Part shown: positions 1 to 9,501 of the stretch, one piece after another | Layout: every line of letters begins with the position of its first letter | Position numbering within the stretch: position 1 is the first letter of the stretch | NCBI GenBank assembly: GCA_947313855.1 | Contig: CAMZNS010000032.1 | Location: forward strand, 1,306 to 65,305 | DNA: 64,000 bases | DNA from: an uncultured Deferribacteraceae bacterium | GTDB taxonomy: Bacteria > Chrysiogenota > Deferribacteres > CAMZNJ01 | Direction: 5' to 3' | Notes under the pieces: generated by a model | The model's input: the letters and a program-made list of their open reading frames with translations, nothing else | The model's database searches: none | What the model was told of the DNA's origin: nothing | Program-made: the position numbers and the translations under genes

Positions 1-2
1 AC

Positions 3-794
3 ATAACTCAGGTTGATGACTATTTTCTACGCCACTTTACATCGTATCTGTCGAGTAAGAATTTGTCCGACTCCAGCATCGAACGCAAAATAGCGACAAC
101 CAAGTCACTTTACAAGTACCTCCTCGCCGTCGGCATTGTTTCCACCAATCCTGCCAAGGGTCTCAAGTTTCCCAAAAAAGATAAGAAGCATCCGGAAATA
201 TTCAGTATCGACAGTATTCTACATCTCATGGATCTGCCCGATAAGTCCACGGCTAGAGGTTTGCGAGATGCTCTTCTCATGGATCTCATGTATTCCATGG
301 GCGTTCGGGTATCGGAGTTGGTAAGCATGGACGTGGGGGATATCGATTTCGGTGCCATGCATATTATCATCACGGGCAAGGGTGGCAAACAGCGTATCCT
401 CCCTGTGTTCGCTGAGCATATGGAGCTTATCAACAAATACATACTCATTCGTCCTCAGATGGTGGGCAAGGGGCATCATATCGATTCCGATTGCTTGTTC
501 ATCAACAAATACGGCAATCGGTTGTCGGATCGTAGTGTTCGCAATATTGTGGACAAATACCTCACCCAATCGGGGCTACCCTTGACACTATCACCGCACT
601 CGTTTCGACACACCTTTGCCACACACCTACTAGAATCAGGGGCAGACATCCGCTCTATCCAAGAGCTACTGGGGCACGATAGCCTTGCCACAACAGAGAA
701 GTACACACACATGAACCTCATAGCACTTCTCAAAGTGTACGACGAATCGCACCCCGCTAACGCAAAAAACACAAAAAAACACAAAAAAACATAA
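3..794 (+). CDS. xerC: Tyrosine recombinase XerC/XerD (5' partial; frame is open to the window edge)
   Basis: Catalytic motifs GVRVSEL, GKGGKQR, HSFRHTFATH, LLGH, TEKYTH; no stop in frame between 3 and 63; housekeeping context. Confidence 0.85.
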   Translation: MTQVDDYFLRHFTSYLSSKNLSDSSIERKIATTKSLYKYLLAVGIVSTNPAKGLKFPKKDKKHPEIFSIDSILHLMDLPDKSTARGLRDALLMDLMYSMGVRVSELVSMDVGDIDFGAMHIIITGKGGKQRILPVFAEHMELINKYILIRPQMVGKGHHIDSDCLFINKYGNRLSDRSVRNIVDKYLTQSGLPLTLSPHSFRHTFATHLLESGADIRSIQELLGHDSLATTEKYTHMNLIALLKVYDESHPANAKNTKKHKKT

Positions 795-814
795 ACTAAT
801 CTAAGGACAAATAC

Positions 815-1870
815 ATGGGAAAACTTACAAGGAAGATACAGGTGGGGAGTGTGGACGTTGGCGGCGGTGCTCCTGTGTCCATTCAGTCCATGACCACCAC
901 TAACACCACCGACACAGAAGCAACAATCGCTCAGATACGGAGTTTGGCGAATGCTGGGTGCGAAATCATACGGTGCAGTGTTCCGTGCAAGGATTCGGCA
1001 GCCTCACTGAAACACATCGTCGACAGTGTTGACACCCCTGTTATCGCCGACATACACTTCAGCTACTCCCTCGCAATAGCCGCCATGGAGAACGGTGCTA
1101 GTTGCATACGCATTAACCCTGGCAACATCGGTGGTGAAAAGCGTTTGGAGAGTGTTATCCATGCCGCCAAGGCAAACAACTGCTCCATTCGTATCGGCGT
1201 CAATAGCGGTTCCATTGAAAAGCATGTTTTCGAGCAACACGGCATAACGCCAACAGCACTCGTCGAGTCCGCACTGAGCACCTTGGCCATATTTGAGCGG
1301 AACGGATTCTACAACACAAAACTCTCCCTGAAAGCCTCCCATGTGCCCACAATGGTGGAGAGTTATCGCATATTCGCTAGTCGATCAGACTACCCCCTGC
1401 ACCTTGGTGTAACCGAAGCGGGGTTGCCCTTTGAAGGGACAGTTAAGTCGGCTGTGGGTATCGGTGCTCTCCTGTTGGATGGTATCGGCGACACAATTCG
1501 CGTATCACTTACCACGGATCCGTTGGAGGAGATTGTTGTTGCCAAAGAGATACTGCACGCATCAGGGGTACGAAGTAGCGGTGTGGAGATAATCGCTTGC
1601 CCCACGTGTGCCCGTGTGGAGATAGATCTGTTTACGCTGGCTCAACAGGTGAAGGAACTAACCGTAGGGTTGCCCGCGGGCATAAAGATTGCGGTGATGG
1701 GGTGTATTGTGAATGGACCCGGTGAAGCTCGTGAGGCGGATTACGGTATTGCTGGCGGTCGCGGTTCCGGTATCTTATTCAAGAAGGGTGTGATTTTACG
1801 CAAAGTTTCTGAGGGGGAGCTACTCCACAGTTTGGAGGTTATGCTACGTGAGGATGGTCTTCTTAAGTAG
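815..1870 (+). CDS. ispG: 4-hydroxy-3-methylbut-2-en-1-yl diphosphate synthase (IspG/GcpE)
   Basis: GGGAPVSIQSMT, IADIHF, IRINPGNIG, HLGVTEAG, CPTCAR and MGCIVNGPGEA Fe-S motifs. Confidence 0.97.
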   Translation: MGKLTRKIQVGSVDVGGGAPVSIQSMTTTNTTDTEATIAQIRSLANAGCEIIRCSVPCKDSAASLKHIVDSVDTPVIADIHFSYSLAIAAMENGASCIRINPGNIGGEKRLESVIHAAKANNCSIRIGVNSGSIEKHVFEQHGITPTALVESALSTLAIFERNGFYNTKLSLKASHVPTMVESYRIFASRSDYPLHLGVTEAGLPFEGTVKSAVGIGALLLDGIGDTIRVSLTTDPLEEIVVAKEILHASGVRSSGVEIIACPTCARVEIDLFTLAQQVKELTVGLPAGIKIAVMGCIVNGPGEAREADYGIAGGRGSGILFKKGVILRKVSEGELLHSLEVMLREDGLLK

Positions 1871-1874
1871 GGGC

Positions 1875-1964
1875 GGTCAGACTAGCAGACGGGCGAACAG
1901 TGGTCAGACTAGCAGACGGGCGAACAGTGGTCAGGCGAACAGACGGGCGAACAGACGAACAGAC
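1875..1964. repeat. 27-bp tandem repeat (GGTCAGACTAGCAGACGGGCGAACAGT x2) decaying into shorter GAACAGAC units
   Basis: Read directly, immediately after the ispG stop. Confidence 0.9.
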
Positions 1965-1985
1965 TAAAACCTCAAGGGGTGCTCG

Positions 1986-3020
1986 GTGAACTATAAATAC
2001 TACAACATGGGCGTTATCGGATCCCCCGCAGCCCACTCCCTCTCCCCCGTACTACACTCCTACCTCCTTCAGGAGCGTGGTCTTGTTGGCGGATACAATA
2101 TTTTCGACGTACCCGAATCACGTATTCGCAAGGTGCTCGACCATGGTGCAATGTTTCACTACAGTGGCTTTAATGTTACCCTGCCGTACAAGAAACATAT
2201 TATGTCCATGTGCCACCATATGGATCCGATAGCGACTAGTATTGGGGCGGTGAATACTGTGAAGCTGAGCACACTTGCTAAAAAAGGGGGGCACCATGGC
2301 TCTGAGTCGCCCCCTGTGACGGCTACCGATAGGGAGCTGGCTTGGCACCATGGCTCTGAGTCGCCCCCTGTGTACACTCTGACAGGCTACAATACCGACG
2401 TTGTAGGGTTTGCACATATGCTACAACACAAAAATATTAATCCTGCTGATCAGAATGTACTAGTATTGGGTGCTGGTGGTGGGGCACGAAGTGTTGTTCA
2501 TCACCTTGATGCAGTTGGTGCTAAGGTTCAGGTATTCAATCGCACTGTTGATACAGCCGTTAGCCTCATTGCAGACATGGGGGCTAACGCCACCATAGCA
2601 ACAGCCGACAACCTCGCTCAAGGTGACTTCTACCTCATCGTTAACACAACATCCTCAGGCGTTCATGGGGAGGCGTTCACGGCTCTCCCTCCAGGTGTTA
2701 ATCTCAAGTTGACCCATGCTGTTGATCTGATTTACACACAAAAAGTTGGGGGAGCTGCAACAGGACTAGCAGGGAGCATTGCCACCCCCTTCCTTAGCCA
2801 CATGGGGGCTGATGTTAGTTGTGACGGTTTGCTTCACCTAATTTATCAGGGTGTGGAGTCGTTTGAGATATTCGTCAGGGATACTGAGTCGCAAAATCTT
2901 GGCACTACCCCTGCAACCCCTGCAACCCCTGCAACTCCTACAACCCCTACAACCCCTGATCCCGAATTCATCGACTACCTTTACGCAAAACTAACTAGAA
3001 TAATAAGTGGCAGACAGTAG
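1986..3020 (+). CDS. aroE: Shikimate dehydrogenase with an internal duplicated insertion and a TPA-repeat near the C-terminus
   Basis: HSLSPVLH, GFNVTLPYK, GAVNT, GYNTD, LGAGGGARS, NRT, NTTSSG, DLIY motifs. Confidence 0.92.
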   Translation: MNYKYYNMGVIGSPAAHSLSPVLHSYLLQERGLVGGYNIFDVPESRIRKVLDHGAMFHYSGFNVTLPYKKHIMSMCHHMDPIATSIGAVNTVKLSTLAKKGGHHGSESPPVTATDRELAWHHGSESPPVYTLTGYNTDVVGFAHMLQHKNINPADQNVLVLGAGGGARSVVHHLDAVGAKVQVFNRTVDTAVSLIADMGANATIATADNLAQGDFYLIVNTTSSGVHGEAFTALPPGVNLKLTHAVDLIYTQKVGGAATGLAGSIATPFLSHMGADVSCDGLLHLIYQGVESFEIFVRDTESQNLGTTPATPATPATPTTPTTPDPEFIDYLYAKLTRIISGRQ

Positions 3021-3062
3021 CTAGTAGCGAGCAATAAAAATCTAGTTTAGAAGCTCTGCCCC

Positions 3063-3091
3063 TTGAAAAAAATATTGAATATGTATAGACT
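3063..3091 (+). promoter_or_regulatory. Putative sigma70 promoter
   Basis: TTGAAA-N17-TAGACT upstream of the ATG at 3100; it lies very close to the start codon. Confidence 0.4.
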
Positions 3092-3099
3092 AGGAAAAT

Positions 3100-4686
3100 A
3101 TGAATACCTTAACCACAAATCAAGATCCGCAAATAGTAGCTGTTGAGCTAATGGAGCAGTTTGGGCTTCCCGGAGCTGCGTTCGACCTCTTCTCTGACGG
3201 CAATACAACCGCCATCACCATGAAAAGCAGTATCACCAAGCATATTGTAAAGCATCGTATTGCAAAAAATAAGATGATGGCCACAGTCTGCATACTACCC
3301 GCAACAATCGACTCCGATCTGACCGAAGAGGGGCTAACCACATACCTCAACGAACAAGGGATTAAGTATGGCATCAAGAGTAGAGCCATTAGCAAAGTTG
3401 TTCAGATGGTGAAAAACAAAGAACTTGTACTAGACGCCATTGTCGCCGAAGGGAAAGCTCCCGAAGGGGGCGAAGACGCAAAAGTAACCATCTTTTTCCG
3501 CGACCACTCAGCAAGCAAAGCACGTATCGACTCCTCAGGTCGTGCCGATTATAAAAATATCGACAAATTCGTATCGGTTAGAGCTGGCGACAAACTGATG
3601 ACACTACATAAACCTGTTCTAGGTGCACCCGGAATCAATATTGCCGGCGAAGAACTTGTTGCCAAAGGGTTCGACACCATCGATATCACCACTGGCGACA
3701 ACATACGAGTACTAGACAAAGGGGGCAGAATTGTCTACTTCGCCACCAAAAATGGCTACGTAAGCTATGACGCTGTATCATACAAAATCGCCGTTGTTGA
3801 CCTACTAGTCGTAAACACCGTTAGTTACGAAACAGGCAGTATCAACTTCGAAGGATCCGTTTACATCAAAGAAGATGTGTCGAGAGGCTTTAGAGTGAAA
3901 GCAACAGGAGATATCACTATTGCAGGTGTAGTGTCCGACGCAACTCTTATCGCTGGAGGAAGTATTACCATTCAGTCAGGAGTCAAAGCCAAAGGGAAGG
4001 CAACACTTTCTGCTGTGAAAAATATTGAAGTCGGATACCTGGAGCAAGCAAGTATTTACTGCTCTGGAAACCTAACAATTAACCGATACGCATACAATAG
4101 CGACATAAGGTGCAAGGGGGATCTGTTTTGCAGCCGTGAAGGATCGGTCATCTCGGGCACCACTCTCAGCATTCTCGGAAACGCAAGCATATATCAGCTC
4201 GGAAGCCCTAGCGACAAAGCAACAAGGATTAGCATGGGGGTATGGGAAGACAAATCTGCAACAGAGGTGATCGAAAAAGCCTTCGAACTAGAGGCAACAA
4301 TCGAACGACTCTCACTGATTATGCACTATATCTCATCACGTGAGGGAACACTTGGAGAGGTGGGGCGAGATAAATACAAAAAACTATGCCTGACATACAC
4401 AAAACTAATGTCGGATCTGGAAGCGTTGGAAGATCAGTTCTATATCTCAGATAGATTCATAAATTGCCCAAAATCAAAGCTGACAATATTCGGAACAGCG
4501 TACGAAGGGGTAACTATCGCCTTTTTCTCATCGATATTTCGAATTACCGAACAGTTTGCATACACTGTATTCAAATACAACTACCGAACAAAGCAAATAC
4601 TCCGTATGGATATCGATGATGATGCCGATAACGTAGCAGATAGTGCACCACAGGATGCTATCCAAACAGGGGAAACCTCCTCCTAA
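3100..4686 (+). CDS. FapA/DUF342 family protein (flagellar assembly protein A-like)
   Basis: GIKYGI, VAEGKAPEGGEDA, GRADYKNID..V..GD, TGSINFEGSVYIKEDV..GF.VKA.GDI.I.G.V beta-solenoid pattern followed by a coiled coil. Confidence 0.8.
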   Translation: MNTLTTNQDPQIVAVELMEQFGLPGAAFDLFSDGNTTAITMKSSITKHIVKHRIAKNKMMATVCILPATIDSDLTEEGLTTYLNEQGIKYGIKSRAISKVVQMVKNKELVLDAIVAEGKAPEGGEDAKVTIFFRDHSASKARIDSSGRADYKNIDKFVSVRAGDKLMTLHKPVLGAPGINIAGEELVAKGFDTIDITTGDNIRVLDKGGRIVYFATKNGYVSYDAVSYKIAVVDLLVVNTVSYETGSINFEGSVYIKEDVSRGFRVKATGDITIAGVVSDATLIAGGSITIQSGVKAKGKATLSAVKNIEVGYLEQASIYCSGNLTINRYAYNSDIRCKGDLFCSREGSVISGTTLSILGNASIYQLGSPSDKATRISMGVWEDKSATEVIEKAFELEATIERLSLIMHYISSREGTLGEVGRDKYKKLCLTYTKLMSDLEALEDQFYISDRFINCPKSKLTIFGTAYEGVTIAFFSSIFRITEQFAYTVFKYNYRTKQILRMDIDDDADNVADSAPQDAIQTGETSS

Positions 4687-4704
4687 CAGGCGTACACTGA
4701 ATAC

Positions 4705-4752
4705 GCGACACGACTGCGACACGACTGCGACACGACTGCTACACGACTGCTA
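4705..4752. repeat. 11-bp tandem repeat GC(G/T)ACACGACT, about 4.4 copies
   Basis: Read directly in the fapA-lon intergenic region. Confidence 0.9.
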
Positions 4753-4899
4753 GATACCCCCCCCACCTTTGGCAACAAACTATTGCCAATTACAGCTTCA
4801 GTCTTATCTTAGTTGTAGAAACACCCTGCCACAAACCTCAAACTGTAGCAGGCATAATGAAAACATTAAAAAAAGATACATTTACAGAGGTCTTAAGTT

Positions 4900-7317
4900 A
4901 TGAGCGATGGCGATAAAGCAACGAATATTCAAAGCAGAAACCTACCTGTCCTGCCCGTAAAAGATATTGTGATATTCCCACAGATGATTGTCCCCCTTTT
5001 TATCGGTAGGGAGGGGAGTATTTTGGCGGTCAACGAGGCATCTGCCACACCTAGTCGAAGTATCCTTGTGCTTACACAAAAAGATATCTCCATAGACGAT
5101 CCCGCACCCGAAGACATGTTTGATGTGGGGTGCGTTGCCAACATTATGCGTACCCTAAAACTAAACGACGGTCGCATCAAAATCCTTGTTCAAGGTGTAT
5201 CGCGAGCATCGGTCAATAGCATCAAAAAAGAGGGGGGGCACTATGTTTCTGACGTGACCATTGTTGATACTGAGGAAGTTTCTGAAAACGACTTAGTGCG
5301 TGGCGAAGCCTTAATGCGTAGTGTTCGCGACAAACTCGATACCGCCTCCGACCTAGGCAAACCTATCCTCCCCGATCTACTATCGTTTATCGATGGGCTC
5401 AAAGACCAAGACAGACTCGCCGACATGATTGCAAGCAATGTGGGCTTCGGGTTTGAAGACACACAAGAACTACTATCACTACTCAACCCCATGGAACGAC
5501 TAGAACGAATCTCAGAACTACTAAGCCGCGAACTCTCTATTCTAGAAGTACAACACAAAATTATGGTTGACACGCGGGGCGAAATAGACAAATCGCAACG
5601 TGAATACTACCTACGAGAACAGCTCAAAGCCATCCTCAAAGAGCTAGGGGAAGATGAAGCCTTGGAAGAGGAAGTTGAGCGTTTTCGTGAGAAAATATAC
5701 AAATCAAAAATGCCACAAAAAGCCAAAGAAACAGCTCAAAAAGAGGTGAAAAGACTCGCACGAATGAACCAAGACGCCGCCGAAGCCACTGTTGTTCGCA
5801 ACTACCTCGAATGGCTCATCGAACTACCATGGGACGCACATACTAAAAAACAGGTGGCCCTAGACAAAAGCAAAACCATACTCGACTCCGACCATTACGG
5901 ACTCAAAGATGTCAAAGAACGAATACTCGAATTCCTAGCTGTTCTTAGCTTGAAAAATGCCAAATCTATCAAAAGCCCAATAATATGCCTTGTTGGACCC
6001 CCAGGTGTGGGAAAAACATCTCTAGGTGCATCCATCGCAAAAGCAACATCACGAAAATTTGTACGCATTAGCTTGGGAAGTATGCACGATGAATCAGAGA
6101 TCAAAGGACATCGACGTACCTACATCGGAGCAATGCCCGGCAAACTTATTCAGGCGATGAAAACCGCTGGCACTAGCAACCCCGTTATCCTGCTGGACGA
6201 AATCGACAAGGTGAGCTCTAGCTACCGTGGCGACCCATTCTCAGCGTTGCTCGAAGTGCTCGATCCGCAACAAAATCACTCATTCGTAGACAACTACATC
6301 AACATACCCTACGACCTTAGCCGTGTCCTATTCATCGCTACCGCAAACTACATCGGCAACATACCCGCAGCACTACGCGACAGGATGGATATCGTACAGC
6401 TGTCTGGATACACCAACTCGGAAAAACTCAGTATTGCACAGTCATACCTCATCCCAAGGCAACGCGAAGAATCGGGGCTAGGGGATCAGGATATTAGGTT
6501 TTACCCGAAATCACTGGAGTTTATCATCAGCGACTACACTCGCGAAAGTGGTGTGCGTCAGCTTGAACGTGAAATAGGTCGTATTTATCGCAAAATTGCA
6601 CTCAAAAAAGTCACAAAAGAGAAGTTCTCAACCACCATTACCCCCACTGGAGTAGCAAAATACCTCGGCACACCCCTGTACAAACGTGAAGACGAACTTG
6701 TCCACAACGAACTCGGTGTTGTTACCGGTCTTGCATGGACATCGGTTGGCGGAGATGTTTTGTACGTGGAAGCATTACGCTACAAAGGGGGGGGCAAGCT
6801 AAGTATCACGGGCTCCCTGGGGGACGTAATGAAAGAGTCGGCACGGGCAGCACTGAGCTATATCCGCTCCATTAGTGCTGAGCTTGGCATCGACAACAGC
6901 ATGTTTGAAAAATACGACATCCACATACACGTACCCGCTGGGGCTACCCCCAAAGATGGACCCTCAGCAGGTATCACAATCGTAACAGCACTCATCTCCA
7001 TTCTGCAGTGCAAATATGTCAGCCGACACGTTGCCATGACAGGCGAAATAACCCTTCGTGGAAAAGTCTTGCCTATTGGTGGACTCAAAGAGAAAATACT
7101 TGCAGCCAAAATGGTTGGCATCACAACCATTATCATCCCTGAGGGGAACAGAAAAGACGTGGAAAAGATGGACAAAGAGGTTGTGCATGGTGTGAAAATA
7201 ATACCTATCGCCAACTACATGGATATCATGGACAAAGGTGTTTTTGTCGAAAATAGCGAGGATAGTACTGGCAACACTGGGGGCTCTGGGGGCGACAACT
7301 CTGGCGAGGACAAATAG
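4900..7317 (+). CDS. lon: ATP-dependent Lon protease
   Basis: LON N-domain (LPVLPVKDIVIFP), Walker A GPPGVGKTS, GHRRTYIGAMPG, LLDEIDK, catalytic PKDGPSAG and IGGLKEK. Confidence 0.98.
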   Translation: MSDGDKATNIQSRNLPVLPVKDIVIFPQMIVPLFIGREGSILAVNEASATPSRSILVLTQKDISIDDPAPEDMFDVGCVANIMRTLKLNDGRIKILVQGVSRASVNSIKKEGGHYVSDVTIVDTEEVSENDLVRGEALMRSVRDKLDTASDLGKPILPDLLSFIDGLKDQDRLADMIASNVGFGFEDTQELLSLLNPMERLERISELLSRELSILEVQHKIMVDTRGEIDKSQREYYLREQLKAILKELGEDEALEEEVERFREKIYKSKMPQKAKETAQKEVKRLARMNQDAAEATVVRNYLEWLIELPWDAHTKKQVALDKSKTILDSDHYGLKDVKERILEFLAVLSLKNAKSIKSPIICLVGPPGVGKTSLGASIAKATSRKFVRISLGSMHDESEIKGHRRTYIGAMPGKLIQAMKTAGTSNPVILLDEIDKVSSSYRGDPFSALLEVLDPQQNHSFVDNYINIPYDLSRVLFIATANYIGNIPAALRDRMDIVQLSGYTNSEKLSIAQSYLIPRQREESGLGDQDIRFYPKSLEFIISDYTRESGVRQLEREIGRIYRKIALKKVTKEKFSTTITPTGVAKYLGTPLYKREDELVHNELGVVTGLAWTSVGGDVLYVEALRYKGGGKLSITGSLGDVMKESARAALSYIRSISAELGIDNSMFEKYDIHIHVPAGATPKDGPSAGITIVTALISILQCKYVSRHVAMTGEITLRGKVLPIGGLKEKILAAKMVGITTIIIPEGNRKDVEKMDKEVVHGVKIIPIANYMDIMDKGVFVENSEDSTGNTGGSGGDNSGEDK

Positions 7318-7449
7318 TGGCAAATCGCAAAAACACTACCCGACGACACCTACTTAACAATAAATATACATATTCTAAAATTTATCGTTTCACAAGTATG
7401 CTATTAGTAGTATAATGACACTATAAATCAAATCATGTGTAGGTTTTAT

Positions 7450-8331
7450 ATGAAAATTATTGCTATTGGTGGCGGAAAAGGTGGCGTAGGCAAAAGCTTT
7501 GTAACATCATCCCTAGGGATGGCACTCACGAAGGCTGGACACAAGACACTACTGGTTGACTGTGATCTCGGAAGTGCCAACCTCCACAACTTTGTTGGCG
7601 TATCAGCACCAACAAATGCCTTATACAACGTTATGCGTGGAGATACAGGGTTCGAAGAAGCCATAATCTCTACACCGTATGGAGTGGACATCCTATGCGG
7701 ATCCGTGGACATGCTGGGGATGGCACATATTACGCGACACGAACGCAAACACCTCCTAAACAGCATACAAAGCTCGAAATACGACTACGCACTCATGGAT
7801 CTTGGAGCCGGAAACTCATTCCATATGGTGGACTTCTTCAACGAAGCTCACATCAAAGTAATGGTTATGACCTCCGAACCAACATCCATCGAAAATACAT
7901 ACGGATTCCTCAAAGTGGCGTTGTATCGTGCGATTGAGCGTGGCTTTGCAGAAACGAACAGTTACGCCGAAATGTGCAAAATATTGCGTAACGCATCACA
8001 CACTTTTGCCGATATCAGAAGTATCCGATCGTTTATCTACAGCATCGATGTGAACGACCTAACCAAACTTGACAACATCATAAACAACTTCCAAGTCTCT
8101 GTTCTAATAAACGTTGTCCACAGCAAAAGCGATCTCACGCTGCTGAGCGGCTTCAAACAGATTATCTTCAACTACCTAGGTATTCATATCGACTTTATCG
8201 GGTTCGTACCCTACGACAAAGTTGTTGTAGACGCAATCAAAGGACAGCAGTCGGTGTATGGCGACTCATTGCACGAAAATATTATCGGGTGCTTTGACTC
8301 GATTTCAGGCAAACTAGCAGCTAGACTTTAG
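7450..8331 (+). CDS. MinD/FlhG(FleN)-family ATPase
   Basis: Deviant Walker A GGGKGGVGKS, VDCDLGSANLH, DLGAG, EPTSIENTY; ATG at 7450 follows an AGG RBS-like site. Confidence 0.8.
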   Translation: MKIIAIGGGKGGVGKSFVTSSLGMALTKAGHKTLLVDCDLGSANLHNFVGVSAPTNALYNVMRGDTGFEEAIISTPYGVDILCGSVDMLGMAHITRHERKHLLNSIQSSKYDYALMDLGAGNSFHMVDFFNEAHIKVMVMTSEPTSIENTYGFLKVALYRAIERGFAETNSYAEMCKILRNASHTFADIRSIRSFIYSIDVNDLTKLDNIINNFQVSVLINVVHSKSDLTLLSGFKQIIFNYLGIHIDFIGFVPYDKVVVDAIKGQQSVYGDSLHENIIGCFDSISGKLAARL

Positions 8332-8348
8332 ACGAAAAAGGAGCGGAG

Positions 8349-9470
8349 ATGGCTACGGAAAAAGGACAGACAACAAATACAGCTAATCCGATACTAACAA
8401 GAGCTGCAACTGAAGACTCTGTTCTTCGAAACTACTACTCCGAAACCTACTCGCAGGACAAGAAAGTAGGGCTTCTCGTATTTAGGATAGGGGACGGTGT
8501 TTTTGCCATCGCAAGTCTAAAAACACAAGAAATAATACGCTCTGTGGATATTACAAGAGTTCCACATCTTGAAAAATATATTCTGGGTATCACAAACTTG
8601 AGGGGAAAAATACTACCCATTTGCGACCTCAGATACTTCTTCGGACTGAAAAATACCATCTTCGATAGGGACACAAGGGTTATTGTTGCCAAATTTAACC
8701 AAGGATCGATCGGGTTTGTGGTGGATGCAGTGGTGGATACAATCCACATTGCTGTGTCCTCCTTGGAAAAAAATAATTCATCGGTGTCTTCATTACAATT
8801 CGACGGATTCATCTCAGGCGTATGCAACCATAAAGATGGCATCATATTTCTACTGAATATTCTGAAAGTTGCTGGCATTGAGTCTGCACCGGGGGAAAGC
8901 GATCCACTTGACACCTTCCTGAATATGTTGGGGGACAGGGAGGGTGGTAAGGGGTTGGAACGCTCAGGTGGCGACGGTGGTGGCGACGGTGGTGGCAGCA
9001 GCAACACACTCTGGTACCTCCTCGGACGATACAACCACAGTAACCCCGCAAAACTAACCCTCTACATACTATTCACCATACTCAACCAAGGGGGGTACAT
9101 GTTCGCTCCTTGGCGATGCTCCTCGTGCGGACAGAGCCTCACAGCCGAAAACCAAGATTGCAACACTGCGAGGGGCGTTGCAACCCTAAACCATGACGGC
9201 GAAATGCACTGTGCACAGTGTACGCCACAACCACACACCATTACTGCCACCGATATTGCTAGCTCAAACATCAAGTATGTTCGCACTAGTGTGTTTTTGG
9301 CGTTGCAGAGCTTTTACCACAGCCATAGCTACACATCCCTCGAGGTGGACGCAATACTGGAGCACGAATTACTAGACCTACTGTTTTACCATGGTGCCAA
9401 CGTGTTAGGGTATCAGCTGCACGCCTATCGCCACTACCGACTGCTCATGCCACCACCCAAAGGGGCATAA
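8349..9470 (+). CDS. CheW domain fused to a C-terminal Cys4 zinc-finger region resembling RecO_C
   Basis: N-half has ITRVPH..YILGITNLRGKILPICDLR and GFVVDAV (CheW). C-half has LNQGGY.F....CSSCG-x20-GEMHCAQC and a final helix. Confidence 0.7.
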   Translation: MATEKGQTTNTANPILTRAATEDSVLRNYYSETYSQDKKVGLLVFRIGDGVFAIASLKTQEIIRSVDITRVPHLEKYILGITNLRGKILPICDLRYFFGLKNTIFDRDTRVIVAKFNQGSIGFVVDAVVDTIHIAVSSLEKNNSSVSSLQFDGFISGVCNHKDGIIFLLNILKVAGIESAPGESDPLDTFLNMLGDREGGKGLERSGGDGGGDGGGSSNTLWYLLGRYNHSNPAKLTLYILFTILNQGGYMFAPWRCSSCGQSLTAENQDCNTARGVATLNHDGEMHCAQCTPQPHTITATDIASSNIKYVRTSVFLALQSFYHSHSYTSLEVDAILEHELLDLLFYHGANVLGYQLHAYRHYRLLMPPPKGA

Positions 9471-9501
9471 TGAAGTCACCATACGGCTAATTCATGGCAA
9501 C

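Noticed and set aside
3-794. Tyrosine recombinase as a phage or island integrase
   Set aside because: The motifs and housekeeping neighbours fit chromosomal XerC/D; no att sites or cargo are visible.
4769-4789. sigma54 promoter or CIRCE upstream of lon
   Set aside because: GG-to-GC spacing is 12 rather than 10, and the sequence does not match TTAGCACTC-N9-GAGTGCTAA.
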